From IMG/VR virus record IMGVR_UViG_3300045988_109785: a stretch of 50,159 nt of DNA. One strand, written 5' to 3'. Each line of letters starts with the position of its first letter. Within the stretch, counting starts at the first letter, position 1. This DNA comes from a virus. Both the position numbers and the translations under genes were made by a program. Under the pieces are notes generated by a model. The model saw only the letters and a program-made list of their open reading frames with translations, made no database searches and was not told where the DNA came from. Of this stretch, positions 17,539-26,475 are shown piece after piece.

Positions 17539-17854
17539 CAGTCAGCTCCACGCCTGCCTCACGCAGCTCCTGATAGGTCGGCTCCACGAAGCAAGCCTCG
17601 CAGATGACATCCAGGACAGAGAAGACATCCTTGAGAGCCTCAGGCTTCTTCTTGTCCACACCAGCGCCAGCGAACAGGTTGTTCGCAGTGAGCAGGAGGG
17701 AGTTCGGGATTTTGTTGGCCTTAGCCAGGGCCAGCATAGAGGGCCGCTTAATGCGAGCCACAAAAGGCTGGTCCTCAGAGAAGGCCGGGAGCTCGATAAT
17801 CTGACCGGCTGCGTACTGTCTCAGCTGGTCGAGGGAAGTGATTTTCTGTTCCAT
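17426..17854 (-). CDS. tail assembly chaperone (gpG analogue)
   Basis: 142 aa between the major tail and tape measure genes; its 3' end overlaps an open alternative frame. Confidence 0.7.
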   Translation of the reverse strand: MEQKITSLDQLRQYAAGQIIELPAFSEDQPFVARIKRPSMLALAKANKIPNSLLLTANNLFAGAGVDKKKPEALKDVFSVLDVICEACFVEPTYQELREAGVELTDEQYMFLFNYTQRGVRALDNFRPKPQNYQPDKTGEEV

Positions 17855-17868
17855 GGTTTACTCCTTCC

Positions 17869-18468
17869 TTAGCCCCCGACGGTGGGCAGCGTGTCCACAT
17901 AGGAAATGACATAGGGGGCCTCCCCGGAATTGGGGGAAGAGTTGATGACATACTCCGGGGCCCGGAAGGCACCATCCTCAGAGCTCAGAGCCACAGGGGT
18001 GCCCTGGCAGTTGGGATAGGAAATCTTCTCATAGCCAGTGATGAGGCCGGCAGCATCGTAGATGGCGGTGTAGGCGTTCAGGGTGAAGGGAGTACCCTTC
18101 TCACCGGAGCCAGCCACCGGGGGAGTGTAGGACTCCACACCAAAGCCGGCGTCTGTGGTAGTGGCCGGCTCGGAGTGCTCCTCATCGGCCCAGTACTTAA
18201 TGGTGCCGCCCTGCAGGATTTTCACCAGCTCGGGGTTGAACACGTTGTCGGTCAGAGTAATCTGGTTGCCAGTCAGGGTGGAGACAGCCGGCTTCTGAGC
18301 CCGCAGGATACCCTTGACCACCAGCTGTACGGGGTCCTCCTCGTTGACCTGAGGCTCAACGGCAATCTGGCTGGCAGTGTCGAAGGCAATCTCGTCCCCG
18401 CCTGCGACCTGGGCGGTAACCATAGCCACATCGATAGTGGGAATCTCGTGACCCTTTTTGATAGCCAT
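17869..18468 (-). CDS. major tail protein
   Basis: 199 aa; position and sequence type (MAIKKGHEIPTIDVAMVTAQVAGG...). Confidence 0.7.
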   Translation of the reverse strand: MAIKKGHEIPTIDVAMVTAQVAGGDEIAFDTASQIAVEPQVNEEDPVQLVVKGILRAQKPAVSTLTGNQITLTDNVFNPELVKILQGGTIKYWADEEHSEPATTTDAGFGVESYTPPVAGSGEKGTPFTLNAYTAIYDAAGLITGYEKISYPNCQGTPVALSSEDGAFRAPEYVINSSPNSGEAPYVISYVDTLPTVGG

Positions 18469-18480
18469 GTTTAGTCCTCC

Positions 18481-18843
18481 TTAAGAAATGATTTTCCGGT
18501 AGTTTCGGTATTGGACGCTTACCATGTGGGCCTTGACCGACTCGTCGTAGAAGGACTGGGTCTCCGTATACGTGGGCATAATCATGGGGGCCATGCCACG
18601 CATCGAAGTCTTGACCTGCTCCACAAACTCAGCGAGTGTGCTGAAGTGGTCCTTAGGCACATAGCACATGATGTCGTAGTAAGTCACTGTGCTAGAGAAG
18701 CCAGTGAGTTTTGTGGTAGTGGCATCCTTCACCACCACATAAGGGGAGGTGCACTCCCCGACCTTCTGGGCCGGGAAGTAGACCTCGAAGCCCTTATCCT
18801 TGAGAAAGACATAAATGTCTTGAATACGGGTATTCTCAGCCAC
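18481..18843 (-). CDS. tail completion / tail terminator-type protein
   Basis: GTG start at 18843, one nt after the stop of the upstream gene. The longer 160-aa ORF version overlaps the upstream gene and is unlikely. Confidence 0.55.
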   Translation of the reverse strand: MAENTRIQDIYVFLKDKGFEVYFPAQKVGECTSPYVVVKDATTTKLTGFSSTVTYYDIMCYVPKDHFSTLAEFVEQVKTSMRGMAPMIMPTYTETQSFYDESVKAHMVSVQYRNYRKIIS

Positions 18844-18844
18844 A

Positions 18845-19201
18845 CTATCCCAACCTTTCCAGGAGTCCCTGGAAGCCCTCCATAATCTCACTTGTGTTCG
18901 CCAGGATAGTGGGCTGGATGATAGCGAATCGCTTCTCATGTGCCAGCTCCAACCAGATACCATAGTTCACACCGTGGGCAAGCCTGAGCTTGTAGCCATT
19001 GGCCACGGTCAGGGCAGTGCCAGTGAGCCTCTGTCGGGCATGACCTGTTCGGTCTGTCCAGGGGGCCTTGTCTCTTGCGTAGTTCTGCAGCTTAAGGGCT
19101 GCTGTCTCAGCGTACATCCTGATGGCTGCCTGAGACCTGTTCATGAGGGAATTGAGTCCACTCTCCAAAGAGGAAGCATCCAGCTTGAAACCACTGCTCA
19201 C
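18845..19201 (-). CDS. HK97 gp10-family head-tail joining protein
   Basis: 118 aa; the YARDKAPWTDRTGHARQRL pattern resembles HK97 gp10. Confidence 0.6.
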   Translation of the reverse strand: MSSGFKLDASSLESGLNSLMNRSQAAIRMYAETAALKLQNYARDKAPWTDRTGHARQRLTGTALTVANGYKLRLAHGVNYGIWLELAHEKRFAIIQPTILANTSEIMEGFQGLLERLG

Positions 19202-19563
19202 TTGAGGACCACCTCCAGGGAGATGTCACAAGCCAGCTTCAGCTTCTCCATGTCTCTTGTCCCAGTGACCTTGTACTCCTTCCCGTCGATAGTCACAGAC
19301 ATGCCATGTTTGACTTTCTGAGCATCTTCGGTCCGACAGAAAATCCAGGTATTGAGCTTCGAGACCACAGTTCCTGCATCGGAAGCTGTTTGACTGATGT
19401 AGGAGCTATTCTCATGGTAGACCCCAGGGATGTCCACAGACTCAACTTCGCCTGTGGGTTCTCCGAACTTGTTCTCTCCAGGCTTGGTGAAGGTGTAGAC
19501 CCTACCCCACCTCTTGATGAACTGATTGATTTTGTAAATCTCCAGTCGAGCAGAGTGGTCCAT
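19198..19563 (-). CDS. head closure protein (SPP1 gp16-like)
   Basis: 121 aa; position in the connector module. Confidence 0.5.
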   Translation of the reverse strand: MDHSARLEIYKINQFIKRWGRVYTFTKPGENKFGEPTGEVESVDIPGVYHENSSYISQTASDAGTVVSKLNTWIFCRTEDAQKVKHGMSVTIDGKEYKVTGTRDMEKLKLACDISLEVVLK

Positions 19564-19826
19564 CAGCCTCCACCTCCCAGGACCCCCGAATGGAAGGGCC
19601 TGTACTGGGAGGCCAGTCTCCGGAAGTACTTGCTGGTGTCCGAGGTGTTGAGACCACTGATGGAGAGGGTGGTGTCTTCAGCCTTAATCAGCAAGCACTG
19701 ATAGGCTGCTCCTCTTACCTCACCCGAGTTCTCACTCAGGTAGAAGTTCAGCTGGTCATCCGTAAAGAAGGGAATGTCATCCTCTCGAAGAATCATCTTC
19801 AGAGTTGCCAGTGCATCCACAGTCAT
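19563..19826 (-). CDS. head-tail connector/adaptor (gp6-like)
   Basis: 87 aa; LKMILREDDIPFFTDDQLNFYL is typical of gp6-like adaptors. Confidence 0.55.
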   Translation of the reverse strand: MTVDALATLKMILREDDIPFFTDDQLNFYLSENSGEVRGAAYQCLLIKAEDTTLSISGLNTSDTSKYFRRLASQYRPFHSGVLGGGG

Positions 19827-19833
19827 CCCCTCC

Positions 19834-20172
19834 TTACTTCTGATGAGCCTTGATAGCCTCCATGAGCTTCTTCCGGCCCTTCAGGTCCTTGGTCTGAATG
19901 CCCAGCAGGGAAGCATACTGCTTCAGCTCATCATCAGACATTTTGTTGAGGGTATCTTCCTCCCCCATATTGGCCTCCTGAGGCTCCGTAGAGGCCTCCT
20001 GGCCTTCGGGGGTGGAGTTACTACCCCCCTCCCCAGAAACGTCCACAGCGGGCGCCTGAGGGGCTGCTACGGTGGTTTCCTCCACAGGAGACCAGCCAGT
20101 AGCTTTGTAGATGGCCTTATATGCCCCAGAGGTTACCTCCAGGACCCGGCCGCCTTTGGAAATCTTAACCAT
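19834..20172 (-). CDS. hypothetical head-associated protein with a C-terminal HeH motif
   Basis: 112 aa; SD GGAAGGAGGTACAC; MSDDELKQYASLLGIQTKDLKGRKKLMEAI. Confidence 0.55.
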   Translation of the reverse strand: MVKISKGGRVLEVTSGAYKAIYKATGWSPVEETTVAAPQAPAVDVSGEGGSNSTPEGQEASTEPQEANMGEEDTLNKMSDDELKQYASLLGIQTKDLKGRKKLMEAIKAHQK

Positions 20173-20200
20173 GGTGTACCTCCTTCCAGAGTAAAGTAAT

Positions 20201-20243
20201 GGTGTAGGGTGCTGATGATAGTCTCACCAGACACCACTACACC
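20201..20243 (-). terminator. stem-loop (attenuator/partial terminator) after the major capsid gene
   Basis: GGTGTAG...CTACACC extended imperfect hairpin in the capsid 3' flank. Confidence 0.4.
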
Positions 20244-20265
20244 AGTTTGAAGGTTGCTGGACCGT

Positions 20266-21288
20266 TTAAGGGTTTACATCGAGAATGTAGACCTGGTCAG
20301 CCACAGGGAAGGAGGGCAGGGAAATCATGGTGACCTTGGTCTCCACGTTCACGGGGTCGGCCTTCTGGATAGAAGTCACGGCCACGCCCACATCGGTGAT
20401 GGCCACGTTGGCAGCAGAGCCGCCCAGCAGGTCAGACTCCTCAGGAGTGGTGCCGAACCAGGTGTTGCCCAGGGCGCCGGAGGGGAACAGGACGAAGGTG
20501 TCAGCCGGCACGAAGGGAGTGGCAGCCTTGGAGTCGTTGTTGTAGCGCTTGGAGTACACCACAACCTCGATGCCATACTGGTCCATCAGGTACTGCTTCA
20601 GCTGGCGGTCGTTGAAGACCGTCTGGTCGTTGGCCTCCTTGAAGTCGTTGTTCTTCAGCATGCTGTTCCAGGTCTTGCGGTCACACAGAGCCCGGGTGGG
20701 ACGGACGCCGGTGTCGTCCTCGATGAGGTCCAGACCGGTCAGGATGTCAGCACCGATGTCAGCAGCAGGGTTGCTCCAGGCAGTGGTGACAGTCACCTTG
20801 TGAGTGGCCGGCATGCCATAGTCGAAGTCGAAGTCCTGGCCGTTGGCAGTGATGGAGATAGCGCCGGTGGTCAGGGCCATCATGCGCATCTGCTCACGAC
20901 GGGCAGCAGCACCTTCCAGCAGAACAGTGTTGTCGTTGAAGATACGGTTGAGCACAGCGTCGATGTACGCAGTGTTGCCGGTCTCCAGGACCATGTTCAG
21001 CTGCTGGCGCAGCTCCTCATCGATGTACAGAGACTCCTTGAAGAAGGGCATCTCAGCAGACAGCCGGTCGAAGCCGATGCGAGCACGGGGAACAGCACCA
21101 GCGTCGAAGGCAGAGGGCTTCAGGACCACAGGCAGACCGGCGGAGCCCTTAATCCACTTCAGGTCGAGGCCCAGCTTCTTCTGAGAAGGGAACAGGGTCT
21201 CACCCAGGTAGGGAGCACGGTCCTTGGTCAGAGTCTCCCAGTAGGAGACCATCTCTGTAGCATTGACAAAGTCGAAAATGGTAGGCAT
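20266..21288 (-). CDS. major capsid protein (lambda gpE-type)
   Basis: 340 aa; N-terminus MPTIFDFVNATEMVSYWETL...APYLGETLFP resembles the phage capsid E family; preceded by a decoration-type gene. Confidence 0.8.
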   Translation of the reverse strand: MPTIFDFVNATEMVSYWETLTKDRAPYLGETLFPSQKKLGLDLKWIKGSAGLPVVLKPSAFDAGAVPRARIGFDRLSAEMPFFKESLYIDEELRQQLNMVLETGNTAYIDAVLNRIFNDNTVLLEGAAARREQMRMMALTTGAISITANGQDFDFDYGMPATHKVTVTTAWSNPAADIGADILTGLDLIEDDTGVRPTRALCDRKTWNSMLKNNDFKEANDQTVFNDRQLKQYLMDQYGIEVVVYSKRYNNDSKAATPFVPADTFVLFPSGALGNTWFGTTPEESDLLGGSAANVAITDVGVAVTSIQKADPVNVETKVTMISLPSFPVADQVYILDVNP

Positions 21289-21324
21289 ATTCGTTCCTCC
21301 TTAGTTATTCTTGTGGTGTGGGAC

Positions 21325-21717
21325 TTAGTTGTCCTTCAGAAACCAAATCTGGCCGGCCAGCTCGGTCTTACGGGTAGCCGTAATCAGGCCCGCAGTGGCA
21401 GAGTCCAGGCGGTCCAGATTGACAAAGCCCCAGATGAGCAGGGTGCCGTTGGCGTTGCCATCGGTGATGTCCACATCATGCAGCAGAACACCCACAGCCG
21501 GAGCAGTGGTGTCAGCAGCAGCCTTGAAGGCAGTGCCACGAGTAGCCAGGTCGCCGTTCAGGGGAGTGCCGGCCTTGACCACCTTGCGGCCATCCACAGT
21601 GACAGAGGCCATGGTCGAGTCGACCAGGACGGAGACGGACATCTGATTCTGCACATTGAACAGAATCTGCTGAGGAGCCGCCAGGGTCTCCTTCTTGATA
21701 CCGGGACGATTGAACAT
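21325..21717 (-). CDS. head decoration protein (gpD-like)
   Basis: 130 aa between the scaffold and capsid genes; SD AAGAAGGAGGACAAC. Confidence 0.55.
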   Translation of the reverse strand: MFNRPGIKKETLAAPQQILFNVQNQMSVSVLVDSTMASVTVDGRKVVKAGTPLNGDLATRGTAFKAAADTTAPAVGVLLHDVDITDGNANGTLLIWGFVNLDRLDSATAGLITATRKTELAGQIWFLKDN

Positions 21718-21861
21718 AATTGTTGTCCTCCTTCTTAGTTTTCAAAGTAGGGATTCTTGGAAGTGCTCTTGGCAGTCTGAGCGCCCAGTCGAGCTCCCAG
21801 GCTACCCTTCTTGTCGGGGTCGCCCTTTCGCTTGAAGCCAGACCCGCCTCCGGTGCCCTTG

Positions 21862-22428
21862 TCACCAGAACCGGAACCACCTTCCCCGAAAAAAAGCGAA
21901 GTACTTGGTGTCTTCCTTCATCTCCTTGACCACAGCAGCCAGGTCCTTGTCATCAGAGACCTTGGTCATAGCCAGAGTGATGACATCATCCAGATACTCC
22001 GGCTTGCAGCCAGCAGACAGGACCTCCACCTTGGCCTCAGCCAGCAGAGCACGTTTCTCAGCCTCGGCCTTGGCCTTCTGCTCAGTAGCCAGGGCCTCCC
22101 CAGCCTTCTCAGCAGCGGACTTGTCCTTGTCCAGAATTTCCTTGTACTTCGCCAGGCCCTCCTTGGCAGACTTGGCATCTTCCACACCAAGCTCCTTGAG
22201 CAGGGCCTTCTTGGCCGACTCCTTCTCTGTCTTCATCAGGCGGTTGACTTCCTCCTGAGTAAAGGTCTTCCCGGACTTGCCACCGGTACCCTCACCACTG
22301 CCGCCTTCTCCGCCTTCGGAGCCGCCTTCAGAGCCTCCGGTACCAGAGTCCCCACCAGCGCCACCTTCAGCAAAGAACTGCAGGCCAATGTTCTTGAGGG
22401 TGTTCTTCTCTTCGTTGCTCAGCATCAT
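21862..22428 (-). CDS. scaffolding protein
   Basis: ATG at 22428 after GGAAAGGAG; Gly-rich N-terminal region then K/E/A-rich helices. The annotated C-terminus (FAFFRGRWFRFW) follows a T7 run; see the recoding finding. Confidence 0.7.
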   Translation of the reverse strand: MMLSNEEKNTLKNIGLQFFAEGGAGGDSGTGGSEGGSEGGEGGSGEGTGGKSGKTFTQEEVNRLMKTEKESAKKALLKELGVEDAKSAKEGLAKYKEILDKDKSAAEKAGEALATEQKAKAEAEKRALLAEAKVEVLSAGCKPEYLDDVITLAMTKVSDDKDLAAVVKEMKEDTKYFAFFRGRWFRFW

Positions 22429-22512
22429 GAGCTCCTTTCCCCAGGGAGACAGCCCTGGTCTGTAATACCTCAGTTGTTCTTTATAGCGTCTGCACCTGAG
22501 TAAAAAGACATA

Positions 22513-22539
22513 CAAAAAGAGAACCGACCTTTGCAGGTC
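22513..22539 (-). terminator. terminator after the small Cys-rich gene
   Basis: On the minus strand, GACCT-gcaa-AGGTC followed by ggttctcttttt. Confidence 0.5.
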
Positions 22540-22762
22540 AGTCCTCCTTCTTGTACTGTGGACAGCTTTCTCCCTTGGTCATAACTCCCAGAGGTTTCAT
22601 TCGGGGATACGGGAACTTTTGACAGCTTCCCTTGGTGTAGGGATTGGAGTAGATAGTCCCGTCGTCCCGGTAGATACAGTCTTTGCAGACTATGTCTTCT
22701 CCAGGGGAGATGGCCCTCCAGTCAGAGTTGTTTGCCAGGTTACCCTCTGCCATCTTCAGCAC
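22538..22762 (-). CDS. small Cys-rich (zinc-ribbon-like) protein with its own promoter and terminator
   Basis: 74 aa; CKDC...C...C; SD AATAGGAGGTG. Confidence 0.6.
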   Translation of the reverse strand: MLKMAEGNLANNSDWRAISPGEDIVCKDCIYRDDGTIYSNPYTKGSCQKFPYPRMKPLGVMTKGESCPQYKKED

Positions 22763-22784
22763 CTCCTATTCAGTTTGTACTTAC

Positions 22785-22813
22785 ATTATACCACAGGGAG
22801 GAAGGTTTGTAAA
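22785..22813 (-). promoter_or_regulatory. Sigma-A-type promoter TTTACA-N17-TATAAT inside the late operon
   Basis: Plus-strand attata 22785..22790 and tgtaaa 22808..22813. Confidence 0.6.
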
Positions 22814-22819
22814 TAGGTA

Positions 22820-24703
22820 CTACTTGCCTTTGTGGGTTTTTCCTTCGGGGAGAGGGTCCTGGCCGACTACCTCCATGTCGAAGTACCACTGGCTTCCGGA
22901 CTTCTCCACTTTGGTGATGCGGTAGGAAGTGCCCCGTTGGATAATCATCTCAGACTCACTACCGAAGGAGGACTGTTCAGAAATACCGTCCCAGTTCCTC
23001 TTGGCCCCATTTCCATAGTGGGAGAATGGTTCGGCATAGAGCATCTGAGTTCCAGCAGGAGCATACACGTTGAACACGTTTCCCCCGAAGCCTTTACCTT
23101 TGGCCGTAGCTGTGGAGGTGAAGGCATCATCAGTAAAGACCTTGCCCAGAATCTCCTTCCTGAGCTCAGCCTCACTGTAGGAAGACAGGTCCCGGGGCAG
23201 CCCCAGGAAAGCAGTAGAGCCGGAGTTATCCACACCCCTCTGCAGCCACATGTCAAAGTCGTATGTAGACTTGGAGATGAGTTCAGTCAGGCCCTGCAGC
23301 TTACCCCTATAGTCTCCTCGAGTGTTCCAGCTTCCACCACTACGCAGAGGACCATTGAAAGGACCAGAGCCCCAGGTGTAGTGGTAGGCTCCTTCTCTCT
23401 GTTCTTCTGTGGCCTCTCTCCAGACACGACCACACTGCTCACGAATCTTCTTATCAGCAGCTTTGGAAGACTTGGCCCACAGGGCCTTGTCCTTTCGTTC
23501 CTGGGAGTAGGCCCCGGTCATCATGTCTCGCTTCAGGTTGGAAGTAGGCTTGGGGATGTTCCACACCATCTGCTTCTCGATGGTAGCCAGGTTAGCTTCA
23601 TACCAGGACTGCATGAGTTGGAAAGGATGTTCCTTCCCGTGCAGGTTCAGCTGGTCGAAGAGTTCCTTCTTCTGGGCAGAGCTCAGCGAGTGAGACCACT
23701 CAGTAAAGGACTCCGGGGGCTTTTCAGGAGAGAAACCAGTACCACCCAGCCACTTGGTCTGCAGGTCGTTGAACACTGGCTTGAGTTCCTGTTTGCCCCC
23801 TATCATGGAGCCATACCAGGCATCCAACTCAGGGTCTTCTGCACCGTTGGCCCAGTCACCCAGGCGTTCGGCCACAGAGTTCATGTTGCCAGTGAGCTCA
23901 GCGATGAACGTACACATACCATTCGGATGGTCCAGGGGAAGGTCATCGGCTGAATACAGTTGACCATCACGTTCATTGCAAATTTCACAGGTACGATGAG
24001 TATGGGCCGACCTCCACCTGTAGCCCTTTACGAAGGGATTGAACTTGGTGGAGGCCAGCAGGGATTGTTGATAGGCATGGGAGACCATCGTTCTTGCCAG
24101 TCTCTGAGCATTGTAGTCCACCTTCTTCGAAGTACCAGGATAGACCTTGGACCAGTTCCACTCTTTCCTGGCAGAAGGATTGACATACTTCTCCAGGTCC
24201 TTGGCAATCTCGTAGGCAGACTTGTTCGCAGCCACACCTGCAGCCACAATCTTATCAATGTCATGGGCATGTTTCTGGGACTCCCCCCAGATGGCCTTGC
24301 TGAGTGTCCAGCCACCCCCGTACAGTTTTCCTGTGGAGAGCAGAGCCACTATGTCCTTGGGGACAAAGCTGTAGGCCCCTTCGATTTTCAGACCGACCTT
24401 CTTCAGCCAATCATCATTCGCTTGGACCACAGTGGAGGCAGTGTCCTGCATGCCCTTCTTGATTTGCTTCTCCAGTCCCTCACCCAGAGACTTGTACTCC
24501 GCCTTGAGCTGTTTGACCAGCTTGTTGAGATAGGTCTTCTTCAGGGACTGAGATGTGGTGCCTTCTCCCTGGAGGGGGAGAGACTCCATCTGTTTCTTGA
24601 GGTCCAGATATACTTGGCGATAGAGTTTCGAAATCTCTACCTCCTGCTCTTTGGTGATGGTCAGTCTGGCCTGCTCACCATCTTGCAGATTGATACTGGC
24701 CAT
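22820..24703 (-). CDS. head morphogenesis protein (SPP1 gp7 / Mu F family) fused to a C-terminal ADP-ribosyltransferase domain
   Basis: MuF-type region with CEICNERDG...DHPNGMC. The C-terminal ~190 aa carry R-S-E ART motifs: YHYTWGSGPFNGPLR, WLQRG, FTSTA and SESEMIIQRG (ExE). Confidence 0.8.
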   Translation of the reverse strand: MASINLQDGEQARLTITKEQEVEISKLYRQVYLDLKKQMESLPLQGEGTTSQSLKKTYLNKLVKQLKAEYKSLGEGLEKQIKKGMQDTASTVVQANDDWLKKVGLKIEGAYSFVPKDIVALLSTGKLYGGGWTLSKAIWGESQKHAHDIDKIVAAGVAANKSAYEIAKDLEKYVNPSARKEWNWSKVYPGTSKKVDYNAQRLARTMVSHAYQQSLLASTKFNPFVKGYRWRSAHTHRTCEICNERDGQLYSADDLPLDHPNGMCTFIAELTGNMNSVAERLGDWANGAEDPELDAWYGSMIGGKQELKPVFNDLQTKWLGGTGFSPEKPPESFTEWSHSLSSAQKKELFDQLNLHGKEHPFQLMQSWYEANLATIEKQMVWNIPKPTSNLKRDMMTGAYSQERKDKALWAKSSKAADKKIREQCGRVWREATEEQREGAYHYTWGSGPFNGPLRSGGSWNTRGDYRGKLQGLTELISKSTYDFDMWLQRGVDNSGSTAFLGLPRDLSSYSEAELRKEILGKVFTDDAFTSTATAKGKGFGGNVFNVYAPAGTQMLYAEPFSHYGNGAKRNWDGISEQSSFGSESEMIIQRGTSYRITKVEKSGSQWYFDMEVVGQDPLPEGKTHKGK

Positions 24704-24719
24704 ACTCCATCACCCCCTG

Positions 24720-24932
24720 TCACTGAGCATTTGCCACGATGTCCTTAGCGGAGCCTTCCAGGGCCACCAGGACCGTGAGGAAGTCCTCCACAGTCATACC
24801 CAGGAGAACTGCTTCTACGGCTCCAGCGGGCGTTCTAATGGCCACCAGGCCCTTTCTGATGATTTCTCTGGTGCCATCGGAGTAGTGGATGGTGAAGTCA
24901 ACCGCTTCAGGTTTCTTCCCCAGTGTCTCCAC
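24720..24932 (-). CDS. small hypothetical protein between the portal and MuF genes
   Basis: About 70 aa from GTG 24932 (or 24941). The longer 118-aa ORF overlaps the portal 3' end. Weak SD. Confidence 0.35.
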   Translation of the reverse strand: METLGKKPEAVDFTIHYSDGTREIIRKGLVAIRTPAGAVEAVLLGMTVEDFLTVLVALEGSAKDIVANAQ

Positions 24933-26469
24933 CTTCCTCACCCCCTTCGTCTCCTTCGTCTTCCTGGCCCTCATCCTGCTGGCCGAACTGTCCAGTCGGG
25001 GGAGCAGTGGAGAAGCTATCCTCCAGAAGCTCCCTCTCTCTGGCAATCTGTTCCAGCTCAGCATCGGCTTCCTCATCGTTGAGGTTACGCCACTTCTTCA
25101 TGTAGGCCTTACGAGACATGGTCTGCCCAGCCACTTCGGCCAGGTCGATGGTCTTCTCCTCAGTCTCATCCTCAGGCAGGGGGTACTGGTTCTCCACCCT
25201 GACATCGAACTCCACATCAGGGACAGGCTCCTTCACATAGTGAACAGCAGAGCCAGGGTACAGCTTGGACCCTTCAATGATAATCCGCATGATGTTCTCG
25301 ATGGCAGGCCTCCAGGCCAGCATCTTCTCATCACAGCGAACAATGAGACCCCAGTAGATAGCCTTCAGAGTCTTACCACTAGAGACCACACCCTTGAGGG
25401 CCTCAGGGGAGACATCCGGCATGTCGATACTGTCGAACATACTGGACTTGATACGGCTCAGTGTGGAGGTGATAGCAGAGGTGTAGTTCATGGAGGTCTC
25501 CAGAACACCGACCTCACCAGTCACACCATCAGCAGCAGTGTTCTGGTCTGTCTGCAGGTCCCAGAAGGCTCCAGCCGCAATGGACAGGCCCTTGGTGGAC
25601 TCAGGGTTCATGTCACGAGCCCAGCGTACCGGGTTCATGCCCTGTCTCTCAGCATCCATGTCCGCATTGGACAGGCGAGAGAACCAACCCTCGAAGCTTT
25701 CCAGGGAGGCAATCTCGGACTCGCCCAGAAGGTCACCAGTCAGGCCATCGTTCACAATCACTCCGGCAGGAATATAGGTGAACTTGGTTGCCCTGGCGGG
25801 GGTAATCTCCTCCACCAAAGTACCATGACCGTCGTAGATAGCCTCTTCAATGTGGCAGTAACCATTCTCCATCCAGTACTTCTTCTTGTAGATGCGCTGG
25901 TCGGTCTTGACCTGGTTGTCTACCACAGTATAGAAAGCCACAATCTTAGTGATGGTGTCAGTGTCATCCTCATCGGTCTCGTATACGAACTCCAGAGAGG
26001 GGATGAAGTCGACCTTGATGGTCTGCTTCTCCTCGTTGAAGTTCACGAAGTAAGCCACTCTCTTACCGATGAAGCAGTCCTTAGCCGCCTTCAGCAGCTT
26101 AGACTTGAAGTGGTTCTTCTCCATGACCCGGTCGACCAGGTTCTGGAGGATGGTGTTGGCTTCCTTAGCAGCCTCGTCGTCCCCATCCATAGGCACGTCT
26201 ACCCACAAATCAGGAGAACGAGAGAAGAGGAAGCGGGCTTCTTTGTTGACCAGGGTGGACGCCTGCTTGAAGTGAAGGTCGGAAGGAATGTAGTCCCCCT
26301 TGGAGCCTTCAGTTTTGAAGTCTGCGCCCCTCTCATAGACCCGATAGTAACCGATAATCTCCTGCATCTCAGCCAGAAGCTGGGAGCCATACAGGCCCTC
26401 GAGCTCCATTGAGATGAGACTAAAAGGTACACGCAGAGCATTTGCCACAATATCAACATTCTCGGCCAT
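24907..26469 (-). CDS. portal protein (SPP1 gp6-like)
   Basis: 520 aa; position after TerL; acidic C-terminus. Confidence 0.8.
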   Translation of the reverse strand: MAENVDIVANALRVPFSLISMELEGLYGSQLLAEMQEIIGYYRVYERGADFKTEGSKGDYIPSDLHFKQASTLVNKEARFLFSRSPDLWVDVPMDGDDEAAKEANTILQNLVDRVMEKNHFKSKLLKAAKDCFIGKRVAYFVNFNEEKQTIKVDFIPSLEFVYETDEDDTDTITKIVAFYTVVDNQVKTDQRIYKKKYWMENGYCHIEEAIYDGHGTLVEEITPARATKFTYIPAGVIVNDGLTGDLLGESEIASLESFEGWFSRLSNADMDAERQGMNPVRWARDMNPESTKGLSIAAGAFWDLQTDQNTAADGVTGEVGVLETSMNYTSAITSTLSRIKSSMFDSIDMPDVSPEALKGVVSSGKTLKAIYWGLIVRCDEKMLAWRPAIENIMRIIIEGSKLYPGSAVHYVKEPVPDVEFDVRVENQYPLPEDETEEKTIDLAEVAGQTMSRKAYMKKWRNLNDEEADAELEQIARERELLEDSFSTAPPTGQFGQQDEGQEDEGDEGGEEGGDTGEET

Positions 26470-26475
26470 TGGAAA

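Noticed and set aside
20254-21738. Very long ORFs antisense to real genes. Examples: 20254..21738, 24889..26412, 22832..23953, 27916..28956, 36962..37846, 38313..39527, 39521..40387, 44509..45459, 46692..47633 and 7916..8695.
   Set aside because: Each mirrors a well-supported gene in the codon-aligned antisense frame. None has an SD, and their composition is implausible (L/V/G/H/Q-rich). They are explained by strong avoidance of TTA, CTA and TCA codons in the sense genes, which removes antisense stops.
21512-21880. A 122-aa ORF spanning the scaffold/decoration junction (the -1 frame after the T7 run).
   Set aside because: It reads through the RBS and start of the decoration gene and has Arg/Pro/Leu-rich off-frame composition. 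The +1 frame is the plausible continuation.
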